A DNA stretch of 64,000 bases, taken from assembly GCA_001179505.1 (NCBI GenBank), contig CDMY01000227.1:496001-560000 (forward strand), written 5' to 3'. Origin of the DNA: Vitrella brassicaformis CCMP3155 (taxonomy: Eukaryota > Protista > Chromerida). A program made the position numbers and the translations under genes. Of the stretch, positions 10,888-23,719 are shown in pieces; position 1 is the first letter of the stretch; the number at the start of each line of letters is the position of its first letter. A model generated the notes under the pieces. The model was given only the letters and a program-made list of their open reading frames with translations, did no database searches and was not told the origin of the DNA.

Positions 10888-11218
10888 ACGAACTGCGTGT
10901 GTGTGGATGCCTCGCTTGGCGCGTAGCTAGCTGGATATGATACTGTAGACCGACGGCTGTGATGTGGTCTTTGGGACGAGACGCATTTAAACAACACATG
11001 TATGTATGTGTGGTGTGTGTGGCTACATTGTTTGGTGCACACAGACAACGCCTCGTCAGCCAGACCCAACACACCCGCATGTATGTACTAGTGTGCAGAG
11101 AAAACAGCTCATGCAGTGAATGCAGAGAGCCGTAAGTAAGTCAAATCACTGTCAGCCAAGCCAAGCCAAGCTAGAGTGGTACAAGCAGTCAGGGACCGAC
11201 CAGCCAGGCCGCCAATGA

Positions 11219-11775
11219 TCACCCGCCTCTTCCCCCCCGTCCCCTGCCCCTGCCTCTGCCCCTGCCGCGCGCTCTGCCCCGCCCAGGCCGCTCCTTCGGG
11301 GGCTTGTTCTTGGGCGCGTCGTCTATCAACAGAGTGTCCAACGGTAGAGAATCCTGGATGGATCAACCACACACAAGGGTACACGTGTCATGTGTGTCGT
11401 TGCGATGATGTCTTGTGTCGGTTTCTTTGTGTGAATGGGTGCGGTGCCTACGGGTAGGATGAAGTATCTGATGTTGTTTCCCCTGATGGTGAGGTGGTCC
11501 ATCGACACGGGGTTCTTCTGCTTGACCGTCATCTTGACGTTCTTCAGATGGGTGTTCATCGATATGTCCACACCCAGCACCGTACCCTGCACCACCGTCC
11601 TGCATGGGGATAACGAACACAACACCACAACATACCAACACAACAACATTCAGCAAGACGAATGCGTAAGTGTGTCTGTGCGGGATAGATGCGTGTGCGT
11701 GTGTGTCTACCCATTCTTGAGTTCAATGACGACGCTCTCATTCGAGAGCTTCATCAAGAAGCGCACCAGCTTCAT
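11219..11775 (-). CDS. SNRPD1: Small nuclear ribonucleoprotein Sm D1
   Basis: [22 protein letters not shown]|[38 protein letters not shown]|[12 protein letters not shown].. with a C-terminal GR repeat tail; three exons. Confidence 0.97.
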
Positions 11776-11951
11776 CGTGCCTCACGCCACAACCACCAGA
11801 TGCGGCACTCAACTCAAAGCCTCCTTGTGGAGGGATTGCAACCAGATCTGCCCTTGCAGGGCTCAGACCAGTGTGTGTGGAAGCCGTGAAGGTAGCTCTC
11901 GAGTCGCTTTCCCCTGAGAAAAAGATGCGACCTCAGTTTCCTTCTTGCAGG

Positions 11952-11961
11952 CTAAGCTCGC
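11952..11961 (-). promoter_or_regulatory. Candidate upstream element GCGAGCTTAG (sense to SmD1)
   Basis: ctaagctcgc on the + strand, in the SmD1/P450 divergent intergenic region. Confidence 0.5.
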
Positions 11962-12039
11962 AGAGCGGAAGCAGAGACGAAATCACAGCTTCCGAGGTGC
12001 TGTACGTGCAGACATCGTTGCCGTCAGCGTGTCAGCTCA

Positions 12040-14616
12040 ATGTCGGATTCATCGCCGCCGTCCACTTGGTTGTCATGTGTGTCGTCTGTGGCGAAGACCG
12101 TGGCTCTCGCAGGCGGCGGGGCGGCGGTTGTGTTGGTTGGCGCCAGTGCAGCACGCTTCGCTGTCATCTACGGGTGCTACTGGTGGAACAGGAGGCGCTA
12201 TGATCTGGAGAAGCTGGGCCCGACCTGGGGCAGCAGAGCGATGCCGATTTTTGATATCTTCAGCCCAGAGGGCAAGATGGACGACTGGATAGAAGAGCAG
12301 TGCAGGTGGGAAGCAAAAGACAGCAGCCACGCGCAGGCAGGCAGGCAGGCAGGCAGGCAGAGAAGCAGCACGCAAAGAGTTTTATCTGGTGTGTGCGTTG
12401 TTGACTGGTTTGCGCAGAGATCCGGCTAAGCCGGACCGCTTCAGGACGGTCAGAAGCACGATTGATGCCTGGACGTGTGTGGGTGATGCCCGTGTTGTGT
12501 TGTGTTGCGTTGTGTGCAGGTGGTGAACATGGGTCCGTTTGTGGACGGCAGCCAGATAGTGCTCGTCAACGACGCCGATGCCATCGCCACCGCCCTCGAG
12601 AACCCCGCATCATTCCCCAAAGTGCCCATGTCCCTCGACGGCCTCAAGGCGCTCATCGGGGAGGGGTAACTAGCTAGGCAAGCAACCACAGTCACAAAGC
12701 CATCCTAAGGATGTGTGTGCGTGCAGGCTGGCGACATCTGAGGGCGAGTTGTGGCACCGGAACAGAAAGCTTCTAACCCCCCTGTGAGTTCCACTCCACT
12801 GGGACCATCCATCCATCGGCGGCTGGACGTGTGATTGCTTGAAAACCATGGCCATCCATTCATCCATCCGCAGGTTCCATTTCGCTGCTCTCCGTGAGGC
12901 CTTCCCCTGTATCATCGACAACACCGTGGCCTTCTGCGACCGGATGGAACAGCAGATCGATGCCAGCCCCAACAAGCAGGCGATCGTCACGCGGATCCCG
13001 TTCAAGTGAGCCAGCCAGCCAGCTCCTTCGTTTGCCCTTTCTATCCTGTGCCGTTGGCTCGGGCATGGCATCATTATATTCAGTGATCTGGCCTTGCGTA
13101 TCGTGATTGACAACGCCTTCTCTGGGGAGTTCGACCCACACTGGATGGAAGACGCCTGGACAGTGGCGGTCAGGAGGGCAATGGACTGCCAAATGATCTC
13201 ATTCCTACTAGGTGGGCTGGGCTGATCCGCGGTGGAGTGGGCAAAGGAAGGTGCACATCGATCGCAGAGAGGAGCCCTGTGAGTCTCTCTTTCGTTTGTT
13301 CAGGTCCGTTGGGCCGCTTCATCTCGCGTCAGTACGTGCATCTGAAGGTTGGGCAGATCAGCGACAAGATCAAGGGTGTGGTGCACAAGAGGAAACAGCT
13401 GGCAGCAGAGGCATCCCCGAAGCCCAGCAGCCGGCGGGACCTGGTGTCGCTGCTGATGGACACTGAGGGAATGGCGGACCAACAGAGAGTCGACGAATCG
13501 CTCACCTTCTTATTCGGTCAGTCAGTGAGTAGCTGGAGGCAGGCAGAGAGGGCGAGGCGACAACATCCATTCGGAGCTCATGGTGTTGTGCATGTTGTGA
13601 CATGACAGCGGGTCACGACACCACCTCCAACCTGATCGGCTGGGCGCTGTATCTCCTCTCCAAACACCCTGACAAACAGGTCAACCACACACACGACGTG
13701 CACCAGCCCGTCTCTCTCGCTCATGTGTTGGCCGTCTGTGGCTTGATTCGTTCGTCACGCATGCAGCGATTGGGCCAGGCTGAGGCCGACTTGGTGCTGG
13801 GCGGTCGCGCCGTCGAGCAGGCCGACCTGCCGAAGCTGCAGTACACCAAATGGATCATCAAGGAAACACTCAGGTACCTTTCTACCTCAGCCAGGCGACG
13901 CCCAGCCACGAGCCTTCGTGCCATTGTTGACTGATGCCCCCAGGATGAAGCCTCCGGTGATGCTGCTCGACCGCCTCTGCCGAGAGGAGCTGAAGGTGGC
14001 CGACGTCACACTGCCAAAGGGTACGAGGGAACCGGCCACGCGCTAGCAGTGGGTGTGGGTCTGTTTCCATGTCTTGTTCGCTCGCTCTGTGTGTGCGTGC
14101 GAGCAGGCACGATAGTGTGGCTGGGGTTCTTCTTCGTGGCCAACGACGAGCGGCACTTCGACTCGCCCAATGTGTTCATGCCCGAGAGGTGGGACGAGAC
14201 CACCGACACACAGACGGGCGCTAACGCCAGACACCCCTACGCATACACGCCATTCTCCGCCGGTGAGTGGAGTGAGTGAGGGAAATGAACAAATGGATGA
14301 GGAGCCGCACCATTGAGCCACTCACTGTCGGTGTATGTATTTCCTTCTCCTGCCGGCCCACCATGCCATGCAGGCCCGAGAAACTGCATCGGTACTGAAC
14401 CAGAGAGACACACATGCACACACAACACGTGTGTGATGTGTGCGTGTGTGTGAGTGTGGTACAGGTCAGAAATTCGCCCTTATGGAGGTGCAGGTGGTGT
14501 TGGCGAGCATCCTGCAGCGGTTCCACGTGTCACTCGCCGGCCAAGACCGCGTGACGCGGGTGCTACAGGGCACCACAGCGCCAATGAACCTCATGCTCAG
14601 GCTCACCAAGCGATAG
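12040..14616 (+). CDS. Cytochrome P450 (CYP4-clan-like), ~12 exons
   Basis: N-terminal hydrophobic anchor; C-helix WHRNRKLLTP; I-helix F|AGHDTT; K-helix KETLR; PERW; heme loop FSAG|PRNCIG|QKFA; ends LMLRLTKR*. Confidence 0.95.
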
Positions 14617-15746
14617 ACAGACAGAGTGGCGTAGATTGAATGGGTTGGACTTAGTGAGGGAACGACGCTCAATGAGCGCCGTGCTCTAGTGAGGTGTCGG
14701 GTGTAGCAAGTGGGGTTGGTGAGTGGTGCGTGTAGCCATGCATGGTGCGTGTTACATGTACAATGGAGATTGGTGGCTGATTCTCTGGTTGGATGAACCC
14801 ACTCACTCCACTCGCTCACATAGAGATTCAGGGTAGGTCCATACGGAGGGAGTCAGTGAGTGACACGACACACACACAACACGCATCTCAGTAGTAGGTA
14901 GTATGGGCTGGCTGGCTGGGTGAGAGAGAGGGGAGTGAAGAGCTGAATCACTGACGATCGATCGACGGGAGGGAGCTACAAGTAAGCTGCGCCAAACAAG
15001 AAGCTAAGATCATGTCATGGATGGATGGATGGATGGATGCCCCCGCCACCCAGAGGCCTGCCTCGTCCTTTTGCATTGAAAATTGGATGCCTGATCTGAT
15101 CGCATATTATCTGGATCTATCGTGGGGACACATGTGTGAGGTAGGTTGGAGGATAACGCACTCACTCATCATCCCAGAACTGCACGTGACGTGTGTGTGA
15201 GTGATTGGTGTCATCACTCACCCCATGTCGCGCACAGACAGCCCGGGGACGCCAAACCCGCCACGCTCAGCTCACAGGACACAATAGATAGCAACGATAG
15301 CAACGGCTCTCTCTCGAACGATGCATGTCATGAGCACGCGACACGCACGCACCCCCAAACTCAGTGTGTCGGCAAGAGAGTAACAGGTGCCCGCCCCGCC
15401 AATCCTACCCACCACCCACCATGTACCATGGCATGCCATGCGCCCGCCCCCGACCTCCCAATCCATCCATGGACCAATCACGGCTCACAGAACACTCTCC
15501 ACAGACAGATGGACGTCACAGCGGCTGGCTGGCTTCATGACGGAAAGAGGGAGGGAGGCAGGGAGGGAGGGAGGGTGAGGATGTCTTCAAAACAGACATA
15601 CCGATCAATGCACCACCACACCGCACCGCACCGCACCGCACCACGAGCAATCGCCTCTACTAAACATCGTCTCACGTCACGCAGCATGCACCACATCACC
15701 ACTAGCCATCCACCCCGCCATCCCATCCCCCCTGTCCGTCCCGGAT

Positions 15747-18700
15747 CTAGAATCTGGTGCCGATCTGTCTCTGCAGCTTGGCCTCCTGGTCGGGTGCCAG
15801 GGCGGCCTTGTAGTGGATCTCGAGCACCTCCAGCTCGTGAGTGCCGGCCTGCATCAGGAGCCCCTCGAACAGCGGGATGGGGGCCGACGGCTCCAACACG
15901 CAGCTCAGACGACGCCACGTCCCGTTGGTCGAGTCGTTGTCAATCAAAAACCACCTGATGTGTGCGTGTGGTTGGTGTGGATCGATCAACCACAAGGGGG
16001 ATGGGGTGTGGGTGTGGGTGTGTGCCTGAGCAGGTAGGTACCTGTTTCCTCGATATTCGAATCGGCAATGGACCCGCGACACCGAGGCCAACGTCAGATC
16101 GTTCACCTGACAACACCATAGATACCATCAGCCCAGCCCATTACGTACTTACGATAGATACACTCACACGGACCGGACCCCCCACGCAGGCACCCACCGC
16201 ACCTGGACTGAGTTCCACTCGGCCCTGCCCAGCGTGAAGCTTCGTGAGTTCATGGTGATCTTCTCGCCCATCCTGGGGCCCGATATGAACTCCAGCTCTA
16301 TCGACGGCACCGGCCGCACCACCCGCCGCATCGACTCGAGCCATGCAGCGTTGTGCCCCGGACCCGCCTGGCGCTCGTCGGGAGAGGACGGCGGCGACCG
16401 ACCCCCAGGCACATCCACCAACACATCGGGGTGGGGGAACGAAGGACCGCCCCCACCGCCGCCGCCTGGCGGCTGTCGCGGGCTGGGGTCGTCGGGGAAG
16501 TACCTGTCGCCCCGGCCGCCCCGGCCTCCCCTTCCCGGCCCTCCTGGATCGCCCCCATCTCCCCCGCCCCCGCTGTGCCGCCCGTGCCGCCCACCCATGG
16601 CGAAGACACTGGCGCCCCTGGGCGGGTTGACGCGGAAGGGGGGCCTGGGGCCCTCCTGCAAGATCCGCAGCATGTCTTGCCGCACCTGCTCAAGCGCCTC
16701 GTCCTCTACTGGAGCGGCTGGGGGGCCTCCGGGTGGCCAGCCAGACGATGAGGACGGACCGGGAGCGGCGGCCGACGCATCGGGCTGGCCGTCCTGGCTG
16801 CCCGGGACGGACGACACTGGCAGGGGCAGGGGGCTCTCCATGCGGCCGTCCTCCATGTCGCCCAACGCGGGAGGGTAGCCGTGGTGATGCTGCTGCTGCT
16901 GCTGCTGCTGTCGCTGCGCTGCCGGCCCCCGATGGATGATCGAGTCGTTGTCCTGCTCGTCCCCATCTGCCGCCGGTGCTGCGTCGGGTGCAGCGTCGCC
17001 CTCATCTGCAACAGCCTGTTGCTCTTGCTGCTGCTGCTGCTGCTGGGGCTGGTCGGAGGGCTGCTCACTCTCGCTCTCGGGCGGACTCCTCAGGCGCAGA
17101 CGTGGGGGCCGCAGATCTGCCAGACCTCTGCGAGCAATGGCCTGATCGCCTCGGGGGTCTGGCGGCAGGCCCTTCCCACGCGACTCCTGGTCCTCTGCCG
17201 GCCCATCACTTGAGGACTGTCCCGCTGCTGCCGCAGCGGGCTGTGGGCCGTCTGTGAGAGGTATGTCGGCCTCGTCGTCGATGCTTCTGCCGGGTTGCGG
17301 TGCTGGCGCTGGTCGTGATGGTGGTGGGGGAGGAGGAGGGGGGAGGGGCAGGTTGGGGATGCCCACATCATTGGCATTGATGGTGTGGAGCATCTCCTCC
17401 AGGGTCACACGAGGGGGCGCGCCGGGCACCGTCCGCATCATGACGGGAGGCGGCACGGCGATGGGCGCAGCGTGCGCAAACATCTCCGCTGCCGCCTCAT
17501 CCGCAGAAGGGGCGCGGCCGTCCTGAAGGCGTGATAGACAGACACACCAACACACACAAGGAAGGTGCAACACTGAATTCGCGCCTCACTCTGTGTCTGT
17601 GTGTGTGTGCCAATTACCCATGGCATGTTGAGCGGCAGCTGCTCGCCCTCATCCACCGTCACGGACCGGCTCGGAAAGTTCTGGAAGTGAATCAGCGGGG
17701 GAGGGGGCCGCGGCAAAGGACCACCACCCATTCCGGGAGGCGGTCGGCTGGGAGCTGACTCCTGCGGGGGTGTCCGCACTGGACCACCACCAGCACCTCC
17801 ACCACCCTGTTGCTGTTGCTGTCTCGGCCCGATGCGCACCACCTCTTGCTCTGCAATGGACTCCAGAGGCCCCTCTACACCTCTGTGGCCCCTGCCCCGC
17901 CCCTCTCGCCCCATGACGGCCGAAGGAGACGACCCAATGGAACTCGCCGTGCCGGCCACCGACGGCGGCACAGGGCTGTCCCCGCCACTAGGCTGCCTCT
18001 GCGGCTGGGCAGCAGCTGCTGGTGGGGCTTCGGGTATGAGGGCGTCGGGTGGTGGGACGAGGGCCGCCTTCTGCAGGGCCTGGTGGGCACTCCAGCCGTC
18101 CATTGCAGCCGGTGGGTGGGGCTCATCCGTCGACCCCACATCATGAGCACCGCTGGAACTACTGCTTGGCGGAGGGACTGAAGGAACCTCGAGGATTTGT
18201 TCAACACCAGAGGCCCTGCGCTCGCCTTGCCGGCCGCCGTCTCTCTGCCCTGCTGCCTCGGCTGACGGCCCCGACCCCTCAGATGCGCTGGTGGGTCCAT
18301 CAGCGGCTGACGATGATGCGGCCACACCGGACGTTTGTGGCTGCGTGGGTCGCGAGCGTGGGACGACAGGGATTTGATGGACCGGTAGGGTCAGCGGTGG
18401 TCCTGGCGCCGGTGCGTGCGGTTGGGGTGCGGCTGCACCCCCTCCGTTGCCGGCCCCGTAGGGGGGCGGTCCCCAGAGGTTGCCGCCCTCGACGATCTGC
18501 GCACCTGCCCGCCGCTTCCGGGCGATGAAGCCGAGGCCGCGACGCACGTGTGTCACCTGCACCGGCCGATTCCAATCCAACTGACGATCAGCTAATCAAT
18601 CGGAGACAGACAGAGGGCACATCACATCGCACCACCCATGTGCATTCATTCGTTTGTTCTTACTTACCGACGACAGCCTCGCTTGCGGTGAGGACCTGCT

Positions 18701-21700
18701 CCCCGCCATCCTGCTCCTGGGCCCTCGTGTGGTTGTCCAGGTCCTCGAGGATGCGCATGCCGCCCGGCCAGAACGAGAAGCTGCCCGGGCTGTCGCTGCC
18801 GTCCAGTCGATCATCACCAGCGGCCGCTGCAGCAGCAGCAGCAGCGGCCGGGGCAGCGGGCAGGCCAGCGAGGAGCGGCAGCTCCTCTCCCTCCTTCTCC
18901 CCCTCCTGCCCCTCCTCGTCTTTGGTCGGTGCCGCCTCTGCCGCCTCGGAGGACGGCTTCACGCCGGTGGTGGCGTCTTGCTCGGGAGGGGCAGGTGCTG
19001 CCGATGAACTGGACGGCTGATTCTCTGTCGGCTCGCCGTCGGCCGTCAGATCATCGACAGCAGCTGCAGCCTGAGTGTCTTGGTCGCTGGGGTTGCCGCG
19101 AAGGACCCTCAGGAGCAGCGCGCCGGGGGCGGCCATGTCGTCTGCATCATCTGCCAGCGCCTCCTCCTCTCTCTGCGCTGCCGGTGCCGCCGGCCATAGC
19201 TTGATGCGGGCGCTGCTGGTCTTGCCCCTTTGGGTGGAGTCAGTCTCCTCTGACTTCTTCTTGCCTGGCTTGCCGCCAGGTGGTCCGGGTGGCGGGGGTC
19301 CGTGCCCCCCTCCCCTCCTGGCACTGCGGTTCTTGGGCGCGTAGCCACAGGACCTGACGATGAACTCCACGCCGCCGACGCGGATCCATGCCCCAGGGTA
19401 GAGCGGCACGCTGCCCTCGATCTTGACAAAGGTGCCCCATTTTGAGCCGGCGTCCATTAGGAAGTACCTGTTAGCGCCCGGCTTGTAGACGATGTTGAAG
19501 TGCGATCGGGATGCGATCTGCTCACTCATGGGCCAGTCGGGCAGGAGGATCTTGCGGGACGAGCTGCGGCCGAACTTGGTGATGTACGGGAAGCGGGTGC
19601 CCTCCGGCGTGATCAGGATGCCCCCACACGCCTGCACCACCGGGTGCTCCTTCAAATCCCCCGAGTGCACACTGCACCACACACACACACACATGCGAGC
19701 AAGAACGGACGTCTTCCTGTCTGTGTGTCTCTTGTCGTTCTGACCGCAGCAGAAGGGCCTTGGTGGTGAGGGATCGCTCTGACTGGATGACCCTGAGCGC
19801 CCGCCACCTCAGCTGCTCGGTGCTGAAGTCGCGCTTGAGCGGCTCGTCGTTGGGGGGCGTCTCGGCATCCAGGTTGCACACACCGTGGGCTAGGTTGACC
19901 ACGTTGGTGGCCACCCCCATGTGGCGGTCCTTGAAGAGCTTCTTGACCAGCCCAGGCAGCAGCGACGGGTACAGCAGACGGGGCATCGCAGAAGGATTCA
20001 GAAGCGACACGATCCAACTCTCAGGCATACGCCGCTTTACTTTTTCCTCCCCGTCAGCTGAGCCCTTCCTCCCTCCCTCGTCACCACCACCACCAGCAGC
20101 TGCGGCCGCTGCTGCCGCTGGCTCTGCGTTCGATGCGGGTGCGTCCGGCTGCTCGGCCTCTTCATCCGGCTGAGAGCCACTCTCTTCCGCGACTGGTGGT
20201 GGGGCAGCGCTGCTGCTCTTGGTGCCCTGGCCTCCCTCTGGAGGGCAGCCGTTGGCCGATTCCGCACTCTGGTGGTCGGCCGTCGCGCGGGAGCCTGGAG
20301 GAGCCAACCCTCGCCGATTGGATAGGTCGCTGGATGATGCCATGGATGAGGCAGCGCTGCTTTTGTCACTGGTCCTCCGATGCGACGATGAGCCGCCCCT
20401 CTTGTCATTGGTCCGCGAGGACGGGCTGCCGACCACTCTGTCGAAGTCCCTCTTGTGTCTGCCCTGCCTGCTGCCGCCAGACCGGGGCTGGGGCTGGGGA
20501 ACCGAAGACGGCGACTGGTCTTGAGGCGAGATCACCATTGACGATGGCCGCATCTCCTCCTCACCACCACCGCCATCCCCGCCCCCACCCCCACCCTCTC
20601 CCACCCCCTCTCCCAGGACCGGCACATGCTCTGAATCCGCGGCGTCCATTGAGGAGCTCTGTGCCGTCTCCTGGCTGTCCTCCAGGCTCGTCGGCGGCTC
20701 GGGTCCCCCCTTGACGCCGTTGATGTCACCTGGAGCGGCCGCCACTGCGTCGGTCTCGTCAGTGGTGTGTGTACGGCCCTGGCTGCTGGCGAGGTCCGAG
20801 TTGGTGCCCTCGTACTTCTGGTACTCGGGGGGCGGGCCGTCGGGCGGTGGCTGGAAGGGCGGCACGATGACGGGCAGGTCGAAGACACCGCTGGCACTCA
20901 ACTGATCGCCTGATGACGTCGACGCACCTGATATACGGATGAATGAATGAATGAATGGGGCAGAGAAGGAGACATGTGCACATGTCATGTGAGTGCCGTC
21001 CGTCCTCGCTCTCTGAGGCTGATACTGGGCGTGGCGTCTGGCTGTGCTGTCTGTCTGTTTTGCCTGCCCCACCCACCCACCTGCGACCTCTCTCTGCCAT
21101 CTCGGATCACCAAACGCATCTGTACAGTACACAGACACACCAACGGCACGGCACGCAGGTCACTCACTGTCAGCCTGTGTGTGTTACTGTTTGTATTAGC
21201 TCCCTTGTTTGCCCGACCTCCGTATCCCTCAAATGGCGGGGGTCGGTCGTGCTGCGTCCCCACAGTGGCCCTCGACGGCTTCCCCCCGACGGGCGTCTTG
21301 TCGCGCTGCTCGCGGTGCCTTGCCTTGAGCTCCAGCTTGAGCCCCTCGTGCAGCAGGAGCTGTGCCGGGTCGTCGGGGAGGGGCTTGGGTCTGTACACGC
21401 CGTCGGTGATGTGATCGAGAGTGCGCTGGTAGAGGTGTTCGATGAGGTCCTTGCAGCTGCCGTTGCCGATGCTGTCGAGGGCACGGCAGAAGAACGTCCG
21501 GTGCACCTGGTGCGTATCCTGCGGATCGACCAACTGACATATCAATCAACCCAGACAGACATACAGAGATGAATGAATGAGATTGTCTGAGTGAGTTATG
21601 TATGGGTGGACTGTGTTGTGCTGTGCTGTGCTGTGCTGTGGTGTGGTGTGTGGGTGGTGCGTTTGGCGGCTGACCAGCCTGAGTTGGTGTGTCATGTCGT

Positions 21701-22900
21701 GAGGGAGGCAGGGTGTGTGGTCGAGCAGGAAGTAGTACTCGAACGCCTCCAGGAAGTCGGGCCACGTCACCTTCACACACTGAACACATACACACCCACA
21801 CACGCCGTCCAGTAAGTACATGAGCTGGGTGGTCTGTACTCAGGTGCTGTGCTATCGGGGTGTGTGTGTGTGTGCCTTCCCACGTGTTGGAAGAATGCCT
21901 CCCACAGCCGCGCCCCCTGGTCGGGAGCATGCACACGCCACAGCTCTCTGCATCCATCCATCCCATCCAACAACAGCAGACACAGACACCTGTGATTGAC
22001 TCACGCCCCATCTCACTCCATACGCGTGGTACCACCATCCATACGTACCTTCCCTGGCTGGCCCTTGAGTGCCACCCCGCCACCCACTCACGCAGCATGC
22101 GCTGATGCTCCGCCTCCAACAGACTGACACCACACGACACGACACGACACGACAGACCACACAGAGATGTGATCTTTAGAGTGTTTGGCAGACAGACAGA
22201 CATGCACTGATTGCATCCCATCCTCACTCACTCACTCACTCACTCACACGGACCTCTGCATGCGTATGTGTCGTTTGATGATGTCGACGAGTGTCTGGCG
22301 CACTCCGTGGTCGTTCCATTTGAGATGCTCGAAGAACTCCTCCTCAGTGCACTGAAGCTGAGATACCCATACACACATCCATACACACACACAAGAATGT
22401 CTTGCGTGTTTGGTTTGCATCCCTACAAATGAATGGGTTTGGTGTGATGTGTTGTGAGTGATGTGGGCCGGGCCGGGTGTGGTGGGCCGACTGACTGACT
22501 GACCTTGAGGAGCAGGTCCCGTTGGTGCATGTCGAGCAGCACTCGGTCGCCCTTGAGGTACAGAAACTCCCAATACGCATGCTTAGCCGCATACTGCTTC
22601 AGATGCTCTGCACCACACACACAAAGCAGTGAGTGAGTATACAGACAGGGCCCCTTGTTTGTTTCTGAGTGAGTGGCGTGTGTGTCGATCCCTTGTTACT
22701 GATGAAGTGGTCGAGTGAATGGTTGAGTCTGACGGACCACTCGCCGACAAGCGCGTTGGCGGGGTTGTTGACGTTTTGTGGGAGCTGCTGCTGGTGCCGC
22801 TGGGCCATGGCCTCCACGCGATCCTTGTAGTTGGACAGCCACTCGTCGCTGCTGAGGAAACACAGCTGGACCGGGTGACAATGCTTCAACCTACAAAACA

Positions 22901-22931
<31 letters not shown>

Positions 22932-23278
22932 GAAGGACAAAGTGCAGCCCCCGGGCAGCTGATCTGGGCGTGTCAGACTTGTGTGTCGGCCATAGCTTGA
23001 ACATCCTTACTTGTCTGACAGTTCGCGCAGCATGGCCTTGAAGTCATGTAGCCGTGCGTCCTGCTGCGTCGGGCTCGTGCCGCTGTAATAGTAGTTGGAC
23101 GGATCTTCTGCACAACACACACGCATCACACACCAAACACGCTGATGCCGGCTGGCGCCACCGACGTCGGGCGTGCGTGCCGGTCTGACTGACCTTGAAA
23201 GTTTTGTATTTGTTGGGCGACGGTTGTCTCGAGGTCACGCAGGGAGGCCACAAACGCGCCACACGTTGAACGTGCCAT
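15747..23278 (-). CDS. Large multi-exon protein with two FHA domains separated by long disordered Pro/Gly/Gln-rich regions
   Basis: FHA1 (~19350-19640): KFGRSSSRKI..IASRSHFNIVY..YFLMDAGSKWGTFV..IRVG. FHA2 (~15810-16330): FTLGRAEWN..SVSRVHCRFEY..WFLIDNDSTNGTW. The probable start is MARSTCGAF at 23278, followed by a chain of spliced exons. The N-terminal exon structure is approximate. Confidence 0.75.
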
Positions 23279-23719
23279 GCTGTCAGCAGGGCGAAAGGGC
23301 AGAAGCAAAGTCGGGCAGAAGTGAAAGCTGTCGCCGAATCAGGAGAGACTCAGTGTGCGGATCAGGGACTGTGTCCGGAGTGTGTAGCGCAAGGCCCTTA
23401 GCTGTTGATTGTCCATCTTCTTCCCCTTCTCTCCCTCGCGAGCTTGAAAGCTGGCGGACAGGGAGGGGGTGATTTTCTAAGCTGGACCAACGCAGGACGA
23501 GTACACGGAGGCAGGCGTGTCCGCGTGATGCCCCCGATCCGCCGGCATGCACCTTAATTACATGTCGATAGTACTCACTTGACTTGGTGCTGACGGTGCG
23601 GTTGGTCTGCCCGGCCTCTAGCTGCCATTGTGTGCAGCGGCTGCCCTCCCTGGCGCCGTAGTGTGCAGTCCAGCCGCTACAGAGAGCCTGCGGTGTTAGT
23701 TCTGTTCAAGTAGCCAGCC

